From Octopus sinensis (taxonomy: Eukaryota), in the NCBI RefSeq assembly GCF_006345805.1, contig NC_043006.1, positions 51,460,001 to 51,524,000 of the forward strand: a stretch of 64,000 nt of DNA, read 5' to 3'. Position 1 is the stretch's first letter, and each line of letters starts with the position of its first letter. The translations under genes were made by a program, and so were the position numbers. Of the stretch, positions 54,341 to 64,000 are shown piece by piece. Below the pieces are notes generated by a model, which worked only from the letters and a program-made list of their open reading frames with translations, was not told where the DNA came from and made no database searches.

Positions 54341-54730
54341 TAGGTGCAGGTGTGGCTATGTGGTTTGTAGCTTGCTTACCAACCACATGGTTCTGGGTTC
54401 AGCCCCACTGTGTGGCACCTTGCGCAAGTGTCTTCTACTATAGCCTTGGGCCGACCAAAGCCTTGTGAGTAGATTTGGTAGACAGAAACTGAAAGAAGCC
54501 CGTCGTATATATGTATGTGTGTGTATATGTTTGTGTGTCTGTTTGTCTCCCCAACATCGCTTGACAACCGATGCTGGTGTGTTTACGTCCCTGTAACTTA
54601 TCAGTTCGGCAAAAGAGACCGATAGCATAAGTACTAGGCTTACAAAAAATAAGTCCTGGGGTCGATTTGCTCGACTAAAGGTGGTGCTCCAGCATAGCCA
54701 CGGTCAAATGACTGAAACAAGTAAAAGAGT
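54341..54730 (+). mobile_element. tRNA-derived SINE family 1, near full length
   Basis: A/B-box-like head, internal TG microsatellite; copies at ~1-85, 15561-15911, 20279-20655, 21205-21499(-), 22650-22800, 25755-25952(-), 46940-47130, 48218-48480. Confidence 0.85.
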
Positions 54731-56571
54731 AAACTTACACACCACTCAAATCAGCCATAGTTCTCACACTGCAGGATAAGGTCCTTCCTTTTATTTCACT
54801 ATAGCTTTCAGTGTCTGATCCCCAGTTTTTGTCAAAATATATATATTCCATATCGCTATCTTAGTCATTGCAGTCTTGTCTCTTTTGTTGTTTCTTGGAA
54901 CTCAGTCTGCTAGTTATTTCATCTACTTGTTAGTCTAGATATGTCCAGTCCAGTAATTTTATGAATTTGACAATGTCATTTAGTTTTGTTTGTTCAGGTG
55001 AAATTTCATATGAAAAGATTATAAAGTTTACTTATAATACATTCAAACTATGTGAAATGCATACCAGTTAAATATTAGAGACTGTAGATGTACAATTGCA
55101 TTTTCAAGGATTTCACCCTTTCTTTCTCCATTTGCTGTAATATTATTAGTACAAGGCCCCATTATTTTTACAGATGGAATAAATAGTTCCATCAAAATGT
55201 AGCTTACATATTCAAATATGGAAAGTTATATAAATTGAAAATAAAATGCATACAACTTATTGTCTTTGCATATTTCTATATACATTACCCACCCACCTCA
55301 CCACATAGCTAAATTATATTAACTAGTGAGACCCAAGAATATTTCACAGAATCAATGGTAAATTTATTTCTGAAAACTCAAAAAAATCTGGAAGCATAGC
55401 CTGTGTTGTGTCTGTATCAAAAGATTGTCACTCATCTTCTAATTATTGAAAAGTGAAGGAAATTGGAATACAACGATTACTTAATGCACCTCATATATAT
55501 ATATATATATATATACACTTTATATACTTTATGCACAGTTTTATAGATTTAATACACAGCATTCTCCCTCTTCTCCTGACCTTCTTTTGCTCTTTGCCTT
55601 CAATCACATGAAAGTGTTACAGATGTGCTAAGTAACAGAAAAAAATTACACATTTCACTCACCATTACCTCTCCCTCCCTCTCTTCAACTAATCATGTGG
55701 AAGCGTTACGGACAGGCTAAATAATGGAGTGACAAGCAGAATTATTATAAGATGAGCCCAAGAGCATCTTGGACACCAGTACTACCTTAAGATAGCATGG
55801 GTTGTGATATACAGCCTGTCTTGGGTATCTAGACCTGGTAGCCAAGGTCAAAATGTTCAAAGCTCTTCTCAGCGACACAAGCACTAGTTTCTGGAGCCAT
55901 CATGAGGCCACAGTAGAAGCTGACGGTTGCTACTTTGAGTAAACTGTTATTTGCCAACCATAATCCAGTTGATATTTTCTGATTTTTCAAAATACTTTAA
56001 TTTTTGTATGGAATATTCTGTCTTCTTTTCCTTTAGTGCAAACTGTCAAATTTAGTCTGAACACATACATACATGCACGTATGCATGAATGAATGAATGA
56101 GATGATGAAAGCAGAGTAAAGTCAGGCAGGTTGTCTTAATGAGAATGGGGAAAAAAAGAGTTTGCCTGTTTTCTTCAATTGGAGTAGATTCCCATGAAAA
56201 AAAAGCTTTAAATGTCTTAAGAAGGTTGGAAGCAAAGTTACTGAGTAAGAGTGTTACAGATATTAAGAAAAATAGGGAAGAGACACTTTTTGATACCTAG
56301 TAATTTATTAATGGGACCATTGATATCTAAATGTACAACTTTGAATATTGATTTCACGATTCATTTATCACTACTTGTGACCTACCAATTTTAGAAATTA
56401 ATTTTTATTCATTAATTCTGATAATTTGGATTACTAGTTGATAGAAACACTAGAAATTTGGATTTAAGTGATTCCTGTATTTAGTTTTATCAATCAATCT
56501 TTTGTTTTGATTTCTGCTAAGTTCTACTCAGTATTTTATTCACCTGAGGTTAATAATAAAATATCAATAAT

Positions 56572-58542
56572 ATGGTTAGTGAGAGCTGTACAAGCCATGT
56601 ACAGAGACACTGCTAGTAAGGTGAGGGTTGGCACCGAGTACAGTGAAGAATTCAGGGTAGAGGTTGGGGTCCACCAAGGTTCAGTCCTCAGCCCCCTCCT
56701 ATTTATCATAGTCCTCCAGGCAATAATGGAGGAATTCAAGACTGGATGCCCCTGGGAGCTCCTCTATGCTGATGACCTTGCTCTAATTGCTGAGTCTCTA
56801 TCAGAACTGGAGGAGAAGTTTCAGGTGTGGAAGCAAGGTTTAGAATCGAAGGGCCTTAGAATCAACCTAGCCAAAACCAAAGTCCTAATAAGTAGGAAGG
56901 TAGACAAATCACAAACGCCTTCAGGTAGATGGCCTTGCTCGATCTGTAGAAAAGGCGTAGGTAGAAACTGTATAAGATGCACCAAATGTAAGCTATGGAC
57001 ACATAAGAGATGTAGTAATGTCAAAGGAAGACTAACTAGGAAAATAGTTTTTATCTGTGGCAGATGCTCAGGAGCAATAAACTCTGAAAATATGCAGAGA
57101 CCAACTTCTATCACGTTTCAGGGAGAAAAACTAGAAGTAGTTGATAGCTTCCGCTACCTAGGTGACCAAGTCAGTAGCGGGGGCGGGTCTGCTGAAAGTG
57201 TAACTGCTAGAGTAAGAATAGCCTGGGCAAAGTTTAGAGAGCTCTTACCCCTGCTGGTGACAAAAGGCCTCTCGCTCAAAGTAAAAGGCAGACTGTATGA
57301 TGCATGTGTACGTACAGCCATGCTACATGTTAGTGAAACTTGGGCTGTGACTGCTGAGGATTTAGGTAAGCTCGCAAGAAATAAAGCTAGTATGCTCCGT
57401 TGGATGTGTAATGTCAGTGTTCATAGTCGACAGAGTGTAAGTACCTTGAGAGAAAAGTTGGACCTAAGAGGCATCAGATGTTGTGTGCAAGAGAGACGAT
57501 TGCGCTGGTATGGTCATGTGGCGAGAATGGATGAAGATAGGTGTGTGAAAAAGTGCCACACCCTGGCAGTTGAGGGGACCTGTGGAAGAGGTAGACCCAG
57601 GAAAACCTGGGTCGAGGTGGTGAAGCACGACCTTCGAACTCTAGGTCTCACCAAGGAAATGACCAGAGACCGAGACATATGGAAGTATGCTGTGCGTCAG
57701 AAGACCCGGCATCACCAGTGAGAACAATCAAAATCAATTCATATATCAGAAAGCAGGGGTTAAGTGACCCATCTGTTCGTGTTCATTGCCAGCCTCGCCT
57801 GGCCCCCATGCCGGTGACACGTAAAAGCACCGTCCGTTCGTGGCCGTTTGCCAGCTCTGTCTGGCCCCGTGTCAGTGGCACGTAAAAGCACCATCCGTTC
57901 GTGTTCGTTGCCAGCCTCGGCTGGCCCCCGTGCCGGTGACACGTAAAAGCACCGTCCGTTCGTGGCCATTTGCCAGCTCTGTCTGGCCCTGTGTCGGTGG
58001 CACGTAAAAGCACCATCCGTTTGTGTCCGTTGCCAGCCTCTTCTGGCCCCCGTGCCGGTGACACGTAAAAGCACCGTCCGCTCGTGGACGTTTGCCAGCT
58101 CTGTCTAGCCCCGTGTCGGTGGCACGTAAAAGCACCATCTGTTCGTGTCCGTTGCCAGCCTCGGCTGGCCCCCGTGCCGGTGACACGTAAAAGCACCGTC
58201 CGCTCGTGGCCGTTTGCCAGCTCTGTCTGGCCCCGTGTTGGTGGCACATAAAAGCACCATCCGTTCGTGTTCGTTGCCAGCCTCAGCTGGCCCCCCCGTG
58301 CTGGTGAACGTAAAAGCACCGTTCGTTCGTGGCCGTTTGCCAGCTCCGTCTGGCACTTGTGCAGGTGGCACGTAAAAAACACCCACTACACTCGCGGAGT
58401 GGTTGGCGTTAGGAAGGGCATCCAGCCGTAGAAACACTGCCAGATCTGACTGGGCCTGACGAAGCCTTCCAGCTTCACAGACCCCAGTTGACCCGTCCAA
58501 CCCATGCTAGCATGGAAAGCGGACGCTAAATGATGATGATGA
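56572..58542 (+). mobile_element. 5'-truncated RTE-clade LINE
   Basis: Open frame to 57721 with GVHQGSVLSPLLF, YADD, FRYLG, RRLRWYGHV, GRPRKTW; tandem-repeat 3' UTR and (GAT)n tail. Confidence 0.92.
57770..58385 (+). repeat. ~10 x 61-bp tandem array in the LINE 3' UTR
   Basis: AAAAGCACC recurs every ~61 bp; two unit types alternate. Confidence 0.92.
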
Positions 58543-59741
58543 TACTGTAGTTATGTCGGCATAAATTTTGGTTAGTGAAAGATCATTTGGGGGAAAATAT
58601 ACAAAACTTTAATCATACACTGATCAAGTCTTTAAGTTTTATAATTTATAGTTGTGTTACAAATTTGATTAGGTACTCTACATGTGGCATAATAGGAGAA
58701 ATCAGGTCTATTTGAATTTCAGAAGATTAGGAATATTGAATGAAATGATGAGGAAAAAAAATTATGATTCTGGACTAAGATAACCAAAACTGAGAAAATG
58801 TGGTGATATTTTGTATGATAGACATGTCCAACCAATAATATGATGTAGAATGAACAGTAAAACACAGATGAAGATAATTCACAAATAATACAACTCTCTT
58901 GGCATTTAGATTCAGTTAAAACTTGTACAGATACTTGCTAATTAACATCGAGCTTAACTACAAAATCATGCTATAAATAAATAAAATATAAATCTGAACC
59001 AACGTCACTATCATTCTCTGAATGGTATGTGTACAGACAAAAGAGATATCCTATTCTGATATGAGAAAATAATTTGTTATGGTTTGTGTATCTACTTCAA
59101 ACATAAAAGCTGTGCATGATGTTATCACTGATTTATGAGAATTTTCAGCTATTTACTGAGAATGTCAAATAAATCAACAGTACCTTTTCTCTCTTGTGGA
59201 ACTATGTTAATCATAAAACATATGTGAATCTGCAATAATACTTTTATTAAAAATATTACAGTGGTAAGTTATTTCATCAATGAACATATAGTCAGTTACA
59301 TATGACATTGAGTTAAGGGATTGTTACTGTACAATTTACACCTTCCTGATCTGATTATATTTATTAAAGGAGACATTTTTTCCTCAGAATAAATTTTGAC
59401 AGTCACAGTAAATACATAAGAAAATGTGTTCTCAATCAATTGTAAAATTATTAGATATTTTAAAATGAAAGGAAAAAAAATTAATTTAATCAACAAAATT
59501 TATGAATAAAAAAATACACTCGATTGCGTTGTGTGCTAACCTCCACAAGGGAGAGTATCTATGTTGATATTTATGAATAGTGACATATGCCCATAGGGAT
59601 ATCAATATTTAGAAAAAGGAACAAAGCTAATATGGCAAACATGGTCCATATTTCAACACTGATAATGATACTTTTCTGTATGAATGCATACAAGTACAGT
59701 TATGTGACTTGTGAAAAAAATGATTAACCATATATAACACG

Positions 59742-60069
59742 GGGGGCCAGCTCTGTCTGGCCCCCGTGTTGGTGGCACGTAAAAGCACCATCCGTTCATG
59801 TCCGTTGCCAGCCTTGCCTGACCCGTGCCGGTGACACGTAAAAGCACCATCCGTTCGTGGCCGTTTGCCAGCTCTGTCTGGCACCTGTGCGGGTGGCACA
59901 TAAAAAGCACCCACTACACTCACGGAGTGGTTGGCGTTAGGAAGGGCATCCAGCCGTAGAAACACTGCCAGATCTGACTGGGCCTGATGAAGCCTTCCAG
60001 CTTCACAGACCCCAGTTGAACCGTCCAACCCATGCTAGCATGGAAAACGGACGCATGATGATGATGATA
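59742..60069 (+). mobile_element. short 3' fragment of the same RTE family
   Basis: Matches ~58215-58542, 3 repeat units, (GAT)n tail. Confidence 0.9.
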
Positions 60070-60071
60070 TG

Positions 60072-61601
60072 TCACGACTTATTTTGTGTATGATTACGTT
60101 TATGAATAGTTAGGTAACCATTTCTAGAAAATGATTTGCCACAAATATCACAGGGATATGGCTTTTCACCTGTATGAATCCTCTTGTGTTTAGTTAAATC
60201 ACTTTTTCCAGAAAATGATTTTCCACAAATATCGCAGTGATACGGTTTCTCTCCTGTATGAACACGCATGTGGATTGTTAAGTCACCATTTCGAGGGAAT
60301 GATTTACCACAAATATCACAATGATATGGTTTTTCTCCTGTATGAATGCGTTTGTGCTTAGTTAAGTGATTTATCTGAGAAAATGATTTACCACAAATAT
60401 CACAGTGATATGGTTTCTCACCTGTATGAATACGTTTGTGAATAATTAAGTTACTATTTCCAGAGAATGATTTACCACAGATATTACACTCGTAGGGCTC
60501 TTCTCCAGTATGAATACGTTTGTGAGTAGTCAAGGTATTTCTATGAGAGAATGATTTGCCACAGATATCACAGTGATATGGCTTCTCTCCTGTATGGGTG
60601 TATTTGTGATTAGCTAAACTCCCTGTTACAGCAAATGATTTACCACAGATTTCACAGCAATATGGCTTTTCCCCTGTGTGAATGCGTTTATGCTTAGTTA
60701 ATACACTATTTTGAGAGAATGATTTACCACAGACATCACAATGGTATGGTCTCTCTCCTGTATGAATGCGTTTGTGTTTAGTTAAATGATTTATTTGAGA
60801 AAATGATTTACCACAGGTATCACACTTATATGGCTTCTCACCTGTATGAACGCGTTTATGTTTAGTTAAGTCACCGTTTTCAGAGAATGACTCACCACAA
60901 ATGTCACAATGATATGGCTTCTCTCCAGTATGAATGCGTCTGTGGTTAGTTAAAGTTTTTCCATGGGAGAATGATTTACCACAGATATCACAGTGATATG
61001 GTTTCTCTCCTGTATGAACACGTTTGTGAGAAGTCAATTCACCACTTCGGCAGAATGATTTGCCACAGATATCACAATGATGTGGTTTCTCTCCTGTATG
61101 AATTCGTTTGTGCTTAGATAAATGATCACTTCGAGAGAATGATTTATTGCAGATATTGCAGTGATATGGCTTCTCTCCAGTATGAATACGTTTGTGACAA
61201 GTTAACTCACCACTTCCAGAGAATGATTTACCACAGATATCACACAGATATGGCTTCTCTCCTGTATGAATGCGTTTATGTATAGTTAAGTGATTTATTT
61301 GAGAGAATGATCTACCACAAATATTACAGAGAAATGGCTTCTCTCCTGTATGAATACGTTTGTGAGTGGTTAAGTGATCATTTTGAGAGAATGATTTACC
61401 ACAGATATCACAGTGATATGGCTTCTTTCTAGTATGAATATTTTTGTTACTGAGGTTTGTTTTTGGAGAGAATGACTTTTTAATGATATTACATGTTTTT
61501 TCTTTCTCTTTCATCAACTCATCAGAATAATTAATCCTTTCAGATTGTTCTTTACATTTAATTTGGTTGTCATGAAATTCAGTTTCCATATTTTTTTTCA
61601 T
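60072..61601 (-). CDS. C2H2 zinc-finger protein, type B (B4), 16 fingers
   Basis: 509-aa ORF, 16 canonical fingers after a decayed one (CNIIKKSF). Confidence 0.94.
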   Translation of the reverse strand: MKKNMETEFHDNQIKCKEQSERINYSDELMKEKEKTCNIIKKSFSPKTNLSNKNIHTRKKPYHCDICGKSFSQNDHLTTHKRIHTGEKPFLCNICGRSFSQINHLTIHKRIHTGEKPYLCDICGKSFSGSGELTCHKRIHTGEKPYHCNICNKSFSRSDHLSKHKRIHTGEKPHHCDICGKSFCRSGELTSHKRVHTGEKPYHCDICGKSFSHGKTLTNHRRIHTGEKPYHCDICGESFSENGDLTKHKRVHTGEKPYKCDTCGKSFSQINHLTKHKRIHTGERPYHCDVCGKSFSQNSVLTKHKRIHTGEKPYCCEICGKSFAVTGSLANHKYTHTGEKPYHCDICGKSFSHRNTLTTHKRIHTGEEPYECNICGKSFSGNSNLIIHKRIHTGEKPYHCDICGKSFSQINHLTKHKRIHTGEKPYHCDICGKSFPRNGDLTIHMRVHTGEKPYHCDICGKSFSGKSDLTKHKRIHTGEKPYPCDICGKSFSRNGYLTIHKRNHTQNKS

Positions 61602-63119
61602 CTCTCATTGCAACATATGAAGCTTTTTCTTGATTTCAATTTTATGATATATTTCTAACCAATAATTCTGCTGCGATATTTCTATCAACTGTAATCTGAA
61701 AATACAACAAATTCCTTTATAATGAAAGTTTAAACTGAATGTAATCTGGTATACATTCCAATCAAGTAGAAACAAATTTGCTAATAATAAGACTTAGAGA
61801 ATATTTTCATAGAAATTCTACAACAACTTTATATAAAGAAAGTTATACTTGTTCTGTATAACATATTCCTTTAGTTTTAGATGCAACACTAATAATTTTC
61901 ATCTAATGAAAAGTATTAATGTTGCATCTAAATTAGATGATACTTTAAAGCTAAGCTCATGTCACCTTATATTTTAACATAGAGGAACAGTATAAGATAT
62001 AGAAGACATAAAAAGCAGATTCAACAGTGACAAATGAACTTTACTTTTTAATATGCTATTAAAATTAAGCCATACAACCTTGGACGAAAGTAAAGAATAC
62101 GCACACCCGGTGATTGGGGTTTTTGTTACGCCGAAAACGGGTGGTGTGCGTAGTCTTTACATCCGCCCCTTGAGTTAAATCTTCTTGCAAACTTAATTTT
62201 GTTTTAATTATAATTTTTTCAATTATTTTACTTTTTTTTATGGGAGATATTTTTGTATTTCGTTATTAGAAATATTTGCTGCAGACTCTTTTGTTTGACT
62301 ACAATATAACCTTTTATTCTTAATACTTTCGAGTACACTCACAACAGCGACTAGCACATTTGCGTTTTGAGTCTGCCGAAAGAATGACTACATAAATACA
62401 ATGCTGTTGGTCAATATAATGACTCGTTTGAATCGACTTTTGATCTTTTGAAGTCAAAGGAATTTATTTTTAAAAAATGAGAATTTATACATGTCACCAA
62501 ATGACGTTGGTTACAGTACATTCATCCAATATCTTTTTAGATGTCTCTTTCACACAAGGCCATTATTAAGCCAATTCTTGATCGTAAGACAGCGAGATAT
62601 AAAGGAATTGATCTATTTGACATTTTATAACGCATTTGTAAGTGGGAGCTTATTTAATATGCTTCTAAATAAAACCATTTGAAATTTTCGGTAAATAATA
62701 AAATTAAGAAAAGCATTTAATACTGCAATAAGGAAACAATGAAAAAATAACTACAAAAATTTGGTACTGCGAAAATATACAAAACGATTAGATGTAATAC
62801 TTTCATTATTAAATACATTTAGTCATTAATACTTACTGAAATGCTTCGTAAAATATATTTTTTACAGTTGTGTTTGCCTGTGTAATAATTAAGAAATTAA
62901 ACAGAGAACAAAAGAAGGTCTCAATGTATCAACGGATATTACTACTATGACGCATGCGTATAAATATATTTAAAGGATAAACAACTTTCATAACATCCCT
63001 TTCCCTGTTGTCTTACTAGCTAAGTTTTTGTTGTTTTTCTGGGTTTTTTTTACTTTTTATGTAATCGGCAAAATATAACCATCCCAAGTATAACAATTTT
63101 TGGCATAGTTTCGGTTGTA

Positions 63120-63817
63120 GTAGCACAGATTTCCGTCGATTTCCGTAAAAAACTTTTATTTTTTTACATAAGTAATGAGAGCGAAAGAGACTAAGAGGAA
63201 GCGATTTTACGACGAGAAGGTTTCACTTTGAAGTCGGCCTGTGTGTGTTTGATGGGGTGTGAGAGACAGACAGTATGTTGTGTAAGTGAAGTGCTTCTGT
63301 TAGTGTGTGCGAAGAGACAGACATACATATACACATACACCGAGTAAAAAATTACACTGAATCGACCATACATACATACACACATACATACATACACATA
63401 CATAGATACACACACACATACATGCAGACATACATATACACATACACCGAGTAAAAAATTACACTGAATCGACCATACATACATACACATACATACACAC
63501 ATACATACATACACACACATACATAGATACATACACACACACATACATGCATACATACATATACACATACACCGAGTAAAAAATCAGTTATCTCTCTCTT
63601 TCACACATTACTCTCTCTGTCTCTTCGCACACACTAACAGAAGCACTTCACTTACACAACATACTGTCTGTCTCCCACACCCCATCAAACACACACAGGC
63701 CGACTTCAAAGTGAAACCTTCTCGTCGTAAAATCGCTTCCTCTTAGTCCCTTTCGCTCTCATTACTTATGTAAAAAAATAAAAGTTTTTTACGGAAATCG
63801 ACGGAAATCTGTGCTAC
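63120..63817. repeat. ~200-bp near-perfect inverted repeat around a CA-rich minisatellite
   Basis: 63120-63321 is the reverse complement of ~63617-63817; internal repeated CATACACCGAGTAAAAAAT units. Confidence 0.85.
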
Positions 63818-64000
63818 GACATGCGAAACTTCGCCCAATTTTTTTTCAGTTTTAAAGTTTAGCTTAAATTTTATAGTACTGTGCATCACATGAAATGTTG
63901 GTTAAATTTCGATATGAGTACCGTAGTTGTCAAAAAAAAAAAAAATGCACTTGTATTTGTTTCCCCCCCCCCCAACTCCTTATGTAAAAAAAATTTAAAT

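Noticed and set aside
54341-54420. tRNA gene
   Set aside because: tRNA-like head continues into a multi-copy SINE body
56468-56571. N-terminus of the 417-aa RT ORF
   Set aside because: AT-rich flank read in frame from a GTG; LINE similarity starts at ~56572
57770-58385. CRISPR-like array
   Set aside because: Eukaryotic context, no unique spacers, no cas genes; it is a LINE 3'-UTR tandem repeat
57760-58500. Minus-strand repetitive ORFs (also 59627-60028, 10641-11202)
   Set aside because: Antisense readings of the GC-rich repeat array
62082-62169. Classifiable short MITE
   Set aside because: An ~18-bp inverted repeat is present but ends and TSD are too ambiguous to assign

Overview
AT-rich, microsatellite-rich animal genomic DNA, most likely an octopus (inferred from a tandem cluster of KRAB-less C2H2 zinc-finger genes plus the SINE/RTE repertoire). 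It holds seven single-coding-exon C2H2-ZNF genes (9-16 fingers) in two subfamilies: type A (MxxVNH start; 4546-5421, 27222-28640, 40657-42231) and type B (ME..KCK..MKE leader; 18980-19837, 35325-36101, 50701-51555, 60072-61601), ordered A-B-A-B-A-B-B, each with its own conserved non-coding flanks. The intergenic space is packed with mobile elements: tRNA-derived SINEs, an RTE LINE, a Tx1/L1-like element nested in a SINE, Penelope-like fragments with hammerhead-ribozyme-like motifs, Helitrons, Tc1/mariner, pogo and piggyBac-like MITEs, and GG...CC palindromic elements with 8-bp TSDs near ZNF 5' ends. The most unusual signals are a variable-copy array of ~61-nt predicted pseudoknot+hairpin modules in the RTE 3' UTR, variant minimal hammerheads, the promoter-associated Merlin-like MITEs, and a conserved N-terminal ZNF leader that could be an effector motif. 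All calls are by eye; no database searches were run.
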